Assembly: GCA_050084985.1 (NCBI GenBank)
Contig: JBITNC010000001.1
Location: forward strand, 10,788,001 to 10,852,000
Source: Nageia nagi
Taxonomy: Eukaryota > Plantae > Pinophyta
Length of the DNA stretch: 64,000 bases
Direction: 5' to 3'
Below the pieces are notes generated by a model, which was not told where the DNA came from, did not search any database, and worked only from the letters and a program-made list of their open reading frames with translations. Below, piece after piece: positions 36,061 through 50,004 of this stretch (the stretch's first letter is position 1; each line of letters starts with the position of its first letter). Made by a program: the position numbers and the translations under genes.

Positions 36061-37466
36061 TGTATATCCATACATCTTTTAGAGTGATAAGAAGAGTTTT
36101 GTATGGGTATGCCCTTTTTTTATCCTTTACTGTTATTGGAATAATTTATACTTAGTTAATTTTAGACATTGTTATGATATTTGATTTTGACGGAGCTATG
36201 GCAGTATTGGTGTGCACATAGTTTGTAGGAATGGCAACAAAATCAATTAGTGCATGGACTTAGCTAATTTTTTAGCATTTCTAGTAGTATTCAGTTTTGG
36301 AAGAAGTTTGGCAATTTGGTGATGTATAAGCTTCGCCGAAATGGCAGTGGAATTATTGCAATGTTATACTTAGCCATTTTCTAATGTTTTATAGAACATT
36401 TGATTTTGGCGGAAATCCGACAGAGTGGAGAGGATTAGTTTTCCTTAGAACGATGAGAAAATCATACAAGGTATTTTCTACATTTCCAACCTTGTCGAAG
36501 GTGATTTAGTCATCTATCAAGAAGGAATCTAGTCTTAGCAATCATCTCAAATGTTACATTTTGAAGATCCAAGTTCCGGCCATCCTGATCTAAGCATGGG
36601 TGAAGAGGTCCATCAGAACCATCTATTTTGTTCAGTATCCTATTTCGACGGGTTCGTTAGAATGCAAGTACCTGTAAATAGTGCCATAATGCCGACAAAA
36701 TGCATTTTCATTCCAAGAAGATGATTTTGACTTCCATATTTGAAGTTTCAAGTTTCAGATGAGTTAAAGAGTGTTGGTGTACTTGGAAGATAGTTATAGA
36801 TACTTGTAAATCATAATCTAATGTGAAAATCTGATCAAATATCAAATCTGATATGTAGTTGGTTACAAATATTTTATATGTCAGAGTTTGTTAGAAGATA
36901 TTTTGTGGAGGAATAGCTATAAGGATCTCCTCTGTTGTAATAGAAGGGGTCAAATATAGTAGATATTGCCCCTATTTTGTGTGTGCATCAATGATAATAG
37001 AATATAATTTACTTCTTGATCTCTTGACTATGATTTTCTTATCACTGTTCTTAAATTTTTGTTTTATATGTTTGTTTGCACTTCGTGGATTATGAAAAGT
37101 TATCAATAGTTAATCCATATTTGCAAAGTGCTTGTAGGATTATTGTTATTTGAAGTGACATGCATTATTTGATGGCTACAAAATCAAACCATTCGACTAA
37201 CTTGGATTTTGCTTTAATGGATGTTTGTGTTGGTCCGAATTTTTGCTTTTGTTAATTTGCACTCACTATAACTTAGAATCTTAGTTTTGCTTTAGTTTTG
37301 CAAATTTGCTTTCTATAGTCTTTTCTTTCACATTTCCAAGTTCGATCTTGATAGGAACCAACCTTCTCTGGAGATAGATTTCTAGCAATAGAAATCATAT
37401 CATCAGAATTATAGCTGTGACTTTGATACATGAGTACATGTACAAATTACCACATCTTAGTCAATA
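36061..37466 (+). repeat. 5' LTR of the Tat element
   Basis: TGTATATCCATAC...TCAATA; colinear with 47778-49131. Confidence 0.9.
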
Positions 37467-40400
37467 ATATTATAATTCTTTTTGGCATGCCCATTAGGAT
37501 GATCTCCTATCCTGTATTGAATTATGCATTATCATCGTATCATGATGGCGACTCCACTCGGATGAAACCCATTCTTCTTTTGTAAAGTTTGAACCCATAA
37601 AAGTCTTTTAAGGTTATATTTCTTTTAGTTTTGTTGATTATGAGAACAAGGTCACAAACTAGAAAAACCAAAGAGTTTTCTATTATTGAAGGTTCTCAAA
37701 GATCTGTTGAAACCCCATTTAGGAAATCCAAATCCCTTATAGAACTTACTCACATTTTGACTCCAATTGCATTAAAATCTATTCCACCTTTTAATAGAAG
37801 GAATATAGTCAATCCTATTCATATGGCTCAACAAGTTGTTGGACCTCTTATTTATCCAAAATGGAATGCTTTTGGAACTCTCCAAATCGCAAATCCCCAT
37901 GAGATTCCAATGCAAGCTGTCAAAGCTTTGCAAAGTTGGGATGGTTACAAAAAAATTGCTTTTGAACATTATTAGGATGTTGCAAAAATGGTGAAGCAAC
38001 ACAACATAGTTCAGGAAGATGTGATGCTCAAATTTCTTGCTATGTCTCTCTTCGAATAGGTTTCGTATTGGTACAAGTCACTTTCGAATAATTCCATTTC
38101 TACATGGACTCAGCTTGCGGAACCCCTCATTCTTAAGTTCAACAAGGTTGGTGATCCTTACTCATTGTTCACACTGTTATTAAAAGGCATCCTATGATAA
38201 TGTTTCTAACTTTAACCTTAGATTTGCAAAGTATTGGGCTAGAATGCCTTCGGTTGTGAGGCCACATTATTCTATGGATTTGCTATTTTATCTTCGAGCT
38301 TTCAATTTGGATCTAGCCTCTAGGATTTAGATGATTGGACCATAATAGTTTTCAAATATTTACAAGGATGCTTTAGAAGTTGAAGCTGCATTTATTTTGG
38401 TAGGAAAGATCCCTACTAGAGTATTTGAACCTCTCACATTTGTACCATCATCCTCTATGCAACCTTTAGTGCAAACTTATCCTCCACCTATGACTCTAGC
38501 CCCTCAATTACCACCATTGAAGTTGCTAACACTACAACCTCAAATTGCTTTGCCTGCTCCATAACCACAGCTTGCCTTACCAGCTCTTATTTCGTAATTA
38601 GCACTTCCTACACTTGCTCCTACTGGCAACCTATAGTAAGAGAACACCAATCGAATGAAGATTGCTGAATTGGAATCCCTATTAAGAACTTTGTAAAATC
38701 TAAGGATAGCTGAATAAAGGGAAGCTCAGAGATAAGGTTATTATGATCAGAGAGATAATTGAAGGGATGATGGAGGACAATAGAGGAGATATCCCTTTCC
38801 TTCCAAATATCAACAACAACCACAACAAAGGGATCTCCCTAGGACTGATAGAGTTTATATATATCCAAAGGCATATAATCCTCGAAATCAAGATTGGTGC
38901 CAAGCCTATAATGAACCTCATATCTAAAATTCTTGTCCATCTACCAACACCAAACCAAATTGGTAGCACATGGTGGAGTTAATACTAATTACTATATGGA
39001 TGAAGTAGCATCAAAATCTAATCTTATGATTCGAATAGAACCTTCTAATAGAGTAGTTAAAACTAGGTGTACTATTAGATAGTTTGAACCCCAGAGATAG
39101 ATACAATCTCACCCAGTTAATCCCACTCAAACACCACCTGCTTATTACTCCAAGTTACCATCAAAGAGGCCCATTGGTGAATCTATGGCTATATATAAAG
39201 TTTTTTCAAAAAAGAAAGTTCTAGAAAAATAAGTAGCCGCTTAGCCTGTTGTTTCTCTTGAAATTCAAGAAATGGAGAAAGCAGCCAATAGGTTTAGATT
39301 CCCATCCCTGATAAGAGCCCAAAGAGAAGAAGCACCTCAATCCTATAAAAGAAAATATCTAAAAGAAAGTTCTTCCTATGTTGCTCCATACAATATTATG
39401 GATGAGTTGAAGAAGATACGATCAAGAGCATCACTTTTGATGCCTTGCTTATACCTAAATAGATCGACCTATTGAAGACAACACTATTGATACAAATTGA
39501 AGGAGATGATAGCTGGAATTGCAATTTGGATGTAGCTGCAAAGTTACTAGGTTTGGGTAAAAATAGACCTCCTCCTTTTTACATTATCCTTGAATTAGAA
39601 GGATATATTGTCCATAATTGCATGATAGATTTAGGGGAAACTATAAGAGTTATGACCAATAAGGTATCTGATATCAATGGACATGTATACACTAGAGACT
39701 CCTCTGGAATTATGTAGTTGGATGGAACAAATGTCAAAAACCTTGGTGTAGTTAAATATGTCCCAATGAAGCTTCATAGGTGTCCAAGGATTTCGGTAAT
39801 CCAAGATATCATAGTTGTAGACCTTCCCCCAATGTTTGGTTTGCACTTATCTAAAGAATTTACATTCAAACTAGGAGGGTACTTAGTTATGGATTATTCC
39901 CATATGTATATTCCTTTCAAGAATAGAATTATTAATGTTGTGAGTGAGCTTGTTGCAAGATTTCTCACCTAGAAACTCCCCGAAGTTAATGTGATTAATA
40001 AGCAGACCTTGTTAACAAATAATATTGAGATGAAAATAGACTCTGTAGATTTATTTTTTGAACTTATGGTCAATCAAATTGAGAGTAAGGGCATGGATAA
40101 TTATGTAATTATTGAATATATCATAGATCTTCTGATCCTTACCCTTCAGGAACTAAGAGAACAAAAATTGTGGACAATGCACTTTGATGGAGAAAAGTCT
40201 AAGAATGGTGCTAGTGCTCGGGTTGTTTGAGATTCCTTCTGATGAAACAAAAAAAATATTCTTTTTGTCTAAATTGGAGTTGTACAAATAATGCAATAGA
40301 GTATAAAGCCTTGTGCTTAGGGTTGAAACAAGCTAATAAGTTGAAAATAAAATGTTTAACCAGTTTTGGTGATTCAAAGTTGGTTATCAACTAGGTGATA

Positions 40401-43400
40401 GATAAGTGTTCAACAAAATATCATTATCTCAAAAAATAAAAAAATAGATTATGGGACCTATTAGAAAGTTTCAATGCTCTCAACTTTATTGCAGTCCCCA
40501 GGGCTCAAAATTGTGAAGCTGATACCTTAGCTTAAAAGGGCTCAAGGTTTGACCTTGCACATCACTAGATAAGGAAGAAAGGTATTTAGCTAATTTTCAA
40601 ACCTTCTATCCTAGATAATGACTATTTTTAGCAAGTTTTTGATGATGATAAATACATTAATGCTTTCTTGGCTATAAAACTGTTATGCTTAAACAACCAA
40701 GAGTCACTGCTTGAAGCTTTCAAAGATGAAGATATATTACAATTAAAAAATAATACTCTACCTATAGGTACTATTGCATTTGAAAATATCTTTAATAGAG
40801 ATGATTAGTTAAGTAAAGAAAAGATTTTAGCATCTCCAAAGAACTTCAAAGAGTTAGAAATAGGTCCCAATAAAGTTCTCAAGGTTGGTATCAAGAATAC
40901 ATCGAAAGATATGCTGAAGATAGCTAAAATCATGAAGGAATTTGTTGACATCATGGCATGTACCTATGATGATTTAAAGGTGTTCAATAAATATGTTATC
41001 CAGCACACCATAGAGCTGGTGGAAGGGGTAATCCCTTTTCAATAGCAATAAAAACTAGTGGATCCTAAAATAGAGGTGATAATCTAATAAGAAATTCAAA
41101 AATTATTTCAAGCTAGGATCATATATCCCATCAAGCATTCTACCTAGATGGATAATTTGGTGCCAATCAGGAAGAAGAATGGAGATATTAGGCTATATGT
41201 AGATTTCTAAAATCTTAACAGAGCCACACTTAAGACAACTATTCTTTTCCCCCTATAGAACATATTCTACATACTATTGTAGGATTAGAGTGCTTTTCTT
41301 TTCTTGATGGCTTCTCTAGATACAATCAGATCTGGGTGAAAAATGAAGATCAATATAAAACAACATTCACCATGAAGTGGGGTATGTTTTCTTTTTAATG
41401 AATGCTGTTTGGCTTGTCCAATGTCAAGATAAATTTTTAGAGAGCTATGGACCATGCATTGGTGAGTTAATCAACAAATTAGTTTTAGTTTACCTAGATG
41501 ATATCATAGTTTTCTCAAAAAGAAAGAAGGACCACTTGCATCATCTCTGAGAAACTTTTCAAAAATGTTAAGAATTTGAAATCTCATTGAATCCAAAGAA
41601 ATCCATATTTGCAGTGGATCTAGAAATGTTACTTGGACATGTTATTTCAAAATATGACTTCTCAATTGATCTAGAGAGAGTAGAAGCTATTTCCAAACTT
41701 ACTCTTCTATCAAATATCAAGAAGCTATAATTATTTTTGGATCAAATTAATTTTGTAAGGAGGGTCATCCAATATTTTTCCAAAATTATTCGATCAATAA
41801 CATAATTGCTTAAAGATAAAGTTCCTTTTAGGCAGACAACAAATCGAGTTATGGTAAAATCTACCATTACATCCACTTCGATTTTAAAAAATCCTGATTT
41901 CTCAAAGGAATTTATCATTTATGCTCATGGAGCAGAAAAGAGCATAGGAGCAATTTTGACATAGAAGGAAGATAATCATGATGAACACCCTATAGCCTTC
42001 TTTAGCCAAAATCTACATGAGGTTGAGGAAAGATATGGATTTATTGAAAAATAGGTGTTCACTATAACGAAATCCCTTAACAAGTTTAAGCACTACATCT
42101 CTCAGAATAAAATTATAGTGCTTACCATTCATCTTGGTGTTAGAAGCTACATCCTAGAAGGTGAGATGGATTCTAGTAGGGCTGGATAGATTACAAGGAT
42201 TTTAATGTATGATGTTGAAATTTGTCCTACTAAGGTAGTTAAGGGAAGAGCTCTTTTGAACATAGTTGAATGAAGATTAGAGCTCTGAACATGTCATGAT
42301 TATTGAAGTGGAAAATGAAAATGAAGAACTTTCAAAAGTTCTAGAAGAACCAAAAGAGTGGATAACATAACTTTGTATATATTTTGATAATGGTAGACTT
42401 CCATTGAGACTTAATGATTCTTAGAGGAGAAGATTTAGACTAAATGCTCTCAATTACTACAATATAGATCATGTATTGTACAAAAAGAATCATAATGGGA
42501 TGCTATTGAGATGCAATTATCATGAGAAAGTTGTTGAAGTTCTAAAAGAATTCCATTTTGGATTTTTCAAAGGACACTATTTAGGTTACACCACTACTGC
42601 AAAGATTTTACAAGCATATTTTATTAGCCTTCCTTGTACATAGATTCATTTCAAATTGCTAAAGAATGAAACAAATGCCATAGATTTATGGTAATGAAAA
42701 GAATGATAGCCATGCCATTGCAATCTATCATAGTGGAAGAGCCTTTCAAACAATGGGGCTAATTTTATTGGCATGATTAATCCAAGGTCTTCATCTAGAA
42801 ATAGATTCATCTTGATATCTACAAACTATTTTACAAGATGGATAGAAGCCTCTGCTACTAAACGCAAAGATCAAGACACCATCATCTCTTTTATAGAGAG
42901 AATTATTACAATATTTAGTATTCCACAAACTGTTATATCATACAATGGTTCAAGTTTTCGGGAGCTAGAGTTTCAAAGTTCATCTTTAATTATGGTATTT
43001 ACTAGAAAATCTCTTCAAATTATTACCCTTAAGGTAATGGATTAGCTAAGTCAAAAAATAAGAATCTATTGAGAATCTTAAAGAGGATAGTGAATGAAAA
43101 TTAGAGAGACTGGGATAAGAAGCTCAACCTTGCATTATGGGTGGACCAGTTCACTTATTAAGCATTCGTAAAAAATTCTCCTTATGTTTTAGTTTATGGG
43201 AAAAGAGCTATATTTTTGTCTCACATTGAGTTGGCAACATTACAATTGCTTAACTAGTATGAGATGAATGATGTAGACCCATTACAGATAAGGATGTTCG
43301 GTATGATCTACTTGGACGAACTCCATGATAATTCATGCAGAGAAATTCAAAAAAGAAATAGTGTGGTGAAAAAATGGTTTGATAAAAGGTATGCATCTAT

Positions 43401-46400
43401 TGTTTCCTTCAAGCTTGGTGATCTAGTTCTTAAATGGGATGAAGATTGCTCTAAGCCTAGATGCCACCGAAAGTTTGATTCTTTGTGATACAAACCTTAC
43501 TACATTATCAAAGAAATCTGGAACAATACATTCAAATTGGAGGGAGTATATGGACAAAGTCTTGCAATCATAATCAACAGTCAACATTTAAAGTTATGCA
43601 CCATGCGTTAACTGCGTAAGTTGTATTATATGTACATATGTGATTTTAAAGTTTCCTATGCATGATTTTTGAGGTGCATCTTTGCATTAATTAAGATAGT
43701 TAGGCATATTTAATTCATTTTTAACCCCATTTTCAAGTTCATTCCTTAGTCATTTTATCTCTGCATTTTAAGTGATAGAGAGCTTAGGATTTTTAGAGCC
43801 TTCAACAATTCTTGCCTTTGAGTCTAATTTTCTAGCTCATCTCCATAATTTTTGTCAAAATGGGTAAGTCTTTGACACCTTAGAGCATTGTAAGTGCTAG
43901 AAATGAGAATTTATTTGATACAAATTTGCTCAAAAATCATGTAGACTTGAAAGTAAAACCCTATGAGGCTGAAAATGTTGAGGATAGTTCCTTGTGGGAT
44001 TTGTTGTATAAAGTAGACTTTATTGCACCCTTTTTGTTGGAAAGATGTCACCCATGCCCTAAATTAGTCCAATCCCTAGCTCCCCTAACCAAAGTCAAGG
44101 AAAATAATATCCATAATAGTGAGGGGACTATAATTTTGATTTAAGTTATTTCATGATGTACAAAGCCCTTTTTCAACTAGATTCATAAAATCCCTAGGAT
44201 AGTGTGAAGGTGGTTGTAAAAGATAGAGAAAAATATCCCTTAGATTGGTTAAACCCTTTTTTGTTGAGTCCCACTACAGGGAAGAAGAATTTTTATAGGA
44301 TATCAGGGTTTAAACATGACTTGTCTTACTTTGTTATCATGATCATGGTGTTGTGCAGTGGGAAAGATATACAAATTATGTAGCTAAAGCATATCACCAT
44401 AGTGTTCTAGGTAATTAAAAATCACACTTAGTACCATCAAGATTGGAACAAGATGGTCGATGATAAATTAGTTGAGACTTTCAAACACAGATAAGCTAAA
44501 TGAGTATCATTATTCCTCCTTTCCATGCTAGTTACTTCTCGACCAACATCTGAAGGCCTTCCTAGATCTACAATTATCTTAGACATATGAAGATGGAAAT
44601 ATTCAAAGGGTAGATGAATGGAATTAGGTGCTGAACATGAACAGGTCCTATTATGATTTTGTGTTATGCTCTCTCTTTCTTGCTCTCAATTTCATTTCTA
44701 GTAAAACTTATCCTAGGTGTTTCAAGTTAGAAATTTCAAATTTAAAGTAAGGATAATTTCAAAAAAGGTGATTATTATTTCATAGAAAATTATACAATTA
44801 TTATGTTAAATGGATTTTGCGATAAGTTGATAAAGTTTCCCATTTTTTATTTCAAACTGGGTTTTTTCCATGGAGGTCACAAGATAGGAGGATCATGTTG
44901 AAACATCATGGAGAGTATCTAAGGGAAAAAAGAGTTTATGTATATATTAACTAGGATTCAACTCAATTCAAGCCAACGATAAATTTTATTGGGAATATCT
45001 AACAATAAAAATGTAAAAGTTGAAGCTAGAGAAGATACCAATTTCTTGGCCATATGATCCTTTAGGAGTGTTTACAACTCATTTGAAGACATTTAACTCA
45101 AAGGCTCCCAATTTTATTAGAGTTTCGATGGATAAGTTTGAAAATTTTAGAAATAAATTTGAAGATGGACCATTTTTTTTAGATTCCTTGCTGGAGACTC
45201 ATGCATTCCTCTTTAGAGAAGAAACTAACTATCAGAGTTGAGTATTCTTCTTCCTTTGAAAAAGAAGTTAGTTTTCCCAAGGCTATTCATAAAAGCCTTG
45301 ATAAATTTGAATGGCCAAAATATAAAAAGAAGTGTTTTATAAAGTAACATGTTGAGAGCAAATAGAAATCATTAGCATGGATGTACGAACAAGATAAGGC
45401 ATTCTCATACACCTATGATAAGATGTACATTGTAGCTAAGAACATAGACCCTAAGAAGAAGAAACCTAAAACTATTGATAAAATTTTGAATGCCATGAAA
45501 GGTAAAGGCCAAATGACTATTGAAGAAGAGGCTTTGTTGAAAAAGCAATAAAAATATGGGGAACAACTTAAGTTGATGGGAGATGCTTTTAAGTCCCGAG
45601 TAGATGAAAGAATAGTGTCAGATAAAGATATTATTTATAATAAAGAACTGGAGAGGAAACTTGTTGAAGAGGATGAACAAAAAAAAAAGAGCAAGAAAAG
45701 AAAATCATTCGAAAAAGAAAAGAAAAAGATCATTCGGAAAAGAAAAACTCAATATCTAGAGAAAACCTATAAGAGAACCAAGAAGGGGAAAGAGCCTCCA
45801 AAAAAGCCTCAACCTCAAAAGATGATCCTACAATGATCAACAATAAAGAGTGATGAACTAAGAGAAGATGTAACTGTTGTTGCAATTGCCAAAATATCTG
45901 ATGACTTAAAGAGTGAGGAGTCTGATCAACTATTTAGGGTTGTAAAAATCCAAAGAAACCATAAAAACATGCCTTCTCCCAAGGAAACACCTTATAAAGG
46001 TGAGATCCCTACTCAAAAAAGAAGAAAATTATTTCAAGGGTACAAGAAGATAAAGAACAAACCCTATAACAAGTTCATACTATTTCATCTGCACAACATA
46101 TAACTTTAGGAAGCCCATAATATGCAAGTCCACCAAGTGATGAATTTGATGAGGAAGAAGATGTTGTAGTTCTTGTGATACCTCCCATATCAATTCAAAA
46201 GATAGAATCTTCTTATTGACCTACATTTTACAATAGTATTGATAAATCAATATAAAGAATGGTTTGAGAAGCACCATAGAGACCATAAGATTCAAGGGCA
46301 TATATAGTTAGATACTATAGTAGACAACTGGAAGTAGGTGTTAGATATATCTACCACTCAATTTGATGCATCATCTAGACAACCTTCAGATCATAAAGGC

Positions 46401-47777
46401 ATATATTTGCTATTGAGATCTGATAAAATCAACCAGATGGGTAGGAGAAAGATAATGAGAACCAACATGACCTTGATAAATGCTAATGTGATAATGTTAG
46501 AAAGGAAAGTTGACAAGTTAGAGAAGTAGTAAGCTACAACTACTAAAAATGGAGAAATTTCATATTACTTTGATTAATTTATTGAATAGAAAAATTCAAC
46601 AATTAAAAGAAGCAATAAAGTCTTCTAAATTGGCCTAATCTATAAAAGAGAGAGAAGAGGAGCTAAAAGCCAAAGGCATAGAGCTCACAATGAAAAATAG
46701 TTGGATTAAGGCCTTGGAGTTAGAGATTGATTCTTTGAAGGCTTTGCTCAAGAGTAAGGGAAAAAAATATAAATTCTTAGAAGAAAAGAAGAAAAAACTT
46801 TGAGAGAATATGAAAGTTTTGCATGATGTAGATACAAACAAGGATGCTTACTTGAAGGCAACAACATAAAATTTTGTGAAGGTAAATTCGGAGTTAGAAA
46901 GAAATTTGAAGATTAAAGAATAAACTCCTACCCAAGATACATAGGCATAAATGAAGATAAGCTTTCCCATTAACACATTGAAGAATATTAAAGCCAGATA
47001 TTGGGGAAAGGTTATTCCATTTTTAGGTTTATTAAATTTTATTTGGGAGTATGTGTTTTACTGTGAGAAGAAAATAAAGGAATATAAAGCTATTTTTTAT
47101 TTGAAGAGTAAAATTGGAAATATGTCTATGAAGACTGTAGAGGTTATCAAGGTCATGAACCAAAAAGATATTTCAGATTTAGGTATTGATAAAATCCATA
47201 ACAAGATTTTGGCAATAACCTAGAAAGTGACCCATTTAGATGAGTTGATACTATGTATGGATAAATGTATGAAATCACTCATGCTGAAGATTACCAAGTT
47301 GAATGGTTCCTTACAAGTTTTTGATAGAAACATGATGCCTCCCCTATACAATGGTGATAAAACTATATATGCACTAGATGAGATGAAGACATTTTGTGAT
47401 GCAACATAAAAATCATAGGATAGTTTTGTAGATTAGGAAAAGGATAATTTTGAAGATAAGTTCTCAAAGTTTGTCCAAGAGATGATCAAGGTAGAGAAAT
47501 GGGCTATAAAATTCATAAGTATTAAATCAAATATCAATTTTAAGCTTATAAACTAGTTTGTTTCCTTAGCAATGCTTATTCAAGAGACATGTATCCCATC
47601 TGATGAGGAATTATTCAAAGTGTTAGCAATTTTGCTAAAAGATACACCTAAGGATGGAGCATCCTAAGGTATTTTTATTTAGTTTGGTAGCAGTTTCTTT
47701 TGTACAAATTTTGTAGTTTTATTTTTAATCCTCAAATAGAGATTTGATAGCAAAAATCTACCAGTAAGTCGTTAGAA

Positions 47778-49131
47778 TGTATATCCATACATATTTTGGA
47801 GTTATAAGAAGAGTTTTGTATGGGTATGCTCTTTTTTCACCCTTTATTGTTGTAGGAATAATTTATACTTAATAAATTTTAGATATTGTTATGATGTTTG
47901 ATTTTAACAGAGCTCTAATAGTATTGGTATGTACATATTTCATTGAAATAGAGATAGAATCAATTAGTGTATGGACTTAGCCAATTTTGAGTATTTCTAG
48001 TAGTATTCAATTTTGGTAGTGTTATACTTAACCATTTTCTAATGTTTTATAGAACATTTGATTTTGGTGAAGATTCAATAGAGTGGAGAGGATCAGTTTC
48101 TATTGGAATAATGGGAAAATCATACAAGGTATTTTCTACATTTCCAACCCTTCCAAAGGTAATTCAATCATGTATCAAGAAAGAATCCAATCACAATAAT
48201 CATCTCAAATATTCCATTTTGAAGATCTAAGTTCTAACCATCTTGATCTAAGCATGGTGAAGAGGTCTGCATAATAGTCCATTTTGTTCCATATTTGATT
48301 ATGATAGGTTTTTTAGAATGCAAGTACCTATAAATAGTGCCAAAACCTTGACAAAATGTATTTTCATTTCAAGAAGGTGATTTTGACTTCTAGATTCAAA
48401 GTTTCAAGTCCCACATGAGTGGAAGAGTGCTGGTGTACCTAGAATATTATTTTAGATACTTGTAAATTAGAATTTGATGTGAAAATTTGATCAGATATCA
48501 AATTTGATATGTAGTTAATTACAAATATTTTATATGTTAGAGTTTGTTAGGAGTTAGTTAGAAGATATTTTGTGGAGGAAAATATATAAGTATCTCCTTT
48601 GTTGTAATAGAAGAGGTCATATATAGTAGATATTGCTCCTATTTTGTGCTTGCATAAATGATAATACAATATAATTTACTTCTTAATCTCTTAACTATGA
48701 TTTTCTTATCACTAGTCTTAAATCATTGTGTTATATGTTTGTTTGTACTTCATGGATTGTGAAAAGTTATCAGTAGTTAATTCATATCTACAAAGTGCTT
48801 GTAGGATTATTGTTATTTGAAGTGTCATGCATTATTTGGTGGCTGCAAAATCAAACCATTCGACCAACTCATGTTTTGGTTTAATGGATGCCTATGCTAG
48901 TCTAAATTTTTTCTTTTACTAATTTGCATTCACTAACTTAGAATGTTAGGTTTGCTTTAGTTTTGCATGTTTTCTTTCTACAGTATTTGTCTTTACATTT
49001 CCCATTCTAATCCTGATAGGAACCAACCTGCTCTGGAGATAGATTTCTAGAAATAGAAATTATATAATTAGAATTATAGCTATGACTTTGATACACAAGC
49101 ATGTGTACAAATTACCATATATTATTCAACA
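47778..49131 (+). repeat. 3' LTR of the Tat element
   Basis: TGTATATCCATAC...TCAACA. Confidence 0.9.
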
Positions 49132-50004
49132 AGACTTACTTCTCTCTTCATAGAGTCTCACACTTAAGATATTGTTGACCTTCATGTGAAGATCACACCT
49201 TTATTTTATGTTCCTCCATCTCTTGCTCACATCAAGCATTTTAGGGACTCTCTTATGGTGAGCCTTCCTTATTTTGATGAGCCACCATTTCCTCCTACTC
49301 TTATTACCTTGGAGAATTCTTTTCCTTTTCTTATCTTGCATCATGAGTTTTGTGATATTTTGTCACCTTTATCTTTGGTTGGAATCTCTTCTAGAGATCC
49401 TAGAGACCATTATGATGTTTCTTTACCTCCCTTGCTTGTTGATTCCATTATTACTTTTCCTATGCAACAAGATATTGGGCCTTCTACACTTGCTAGTTTG
49501 TTGGTGATATCTTTACTTTGATATGGTTCATAGTTTCATTCATCATCATAAGTACTAGACTTCATGTTGTTTCCTCATACTTTTTTGGAGTGGGAATATT
49601 TTTGATGTATGAATTTTAAATTATTTCTTCCTCATGGGAGATATTCAATTAGGTGATGAGGCATCTTCATTTTTTGGGAACATCACATGGATCCTTTGTA
49701 GTTCTCCCTCTATGGTAGTTATCCTAAGGGAGGAATTGCTAAAAACATCTTTACATCACCTTGCTTGCATGGGATGATAAAATTTATCCTTGGGGTGTGT
49801 TTATGAGGACACCTTCCTCTTTGGTCTCCTTCTACTTCTTCCTTCTCTATTGGTAGATGTTTATTTCCCCATGTGATTTTTCATTATCTTTTAGCCAAGA
49901 TTTATGGACATATTATACATGAGTACTTGATCAAACCTTGTTTCCAGGACTCATATCTATGGATGTGACACTTATTTTACATCATAGCATTACTTAAGGG
50001 AGGT

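Larger units (their letters stand above)
36061..49131 (+). mobile_element. Full-length decayed Ty3/Gypsy of the Tat lineage (TatII-type), 13.1 kb
   Basis: LTRs at 36061-37466 and 47778-49131. Degenerate TSD gggct/agact. PBS tggcatgcccattagga (tRNA-Arg-like) at 37483. Gag at about 37800-38400; protease CMIDLG at about 39620; additional RNase H (WTMHFDG..TNNAIEY..FGDSKLV..NCEADTLA) at 40170-40530; RT YLDDIIVFS at 41491; RNase H at about 41900-42260; integrase at about 42450-43600; extra ORF at about 43860-47670. Confidence 0.92.
35300..50004 (+). mobile_element. Older non-coding LTR-element internal region (35300-36060 + 49132-50004), split by the Tat insertion
   Basis: Sequence character is continuous on both sides of the Tat element. 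It ends in the PPT taagggagg followed by TGTTAG at 50005. Confidence 0.45.
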
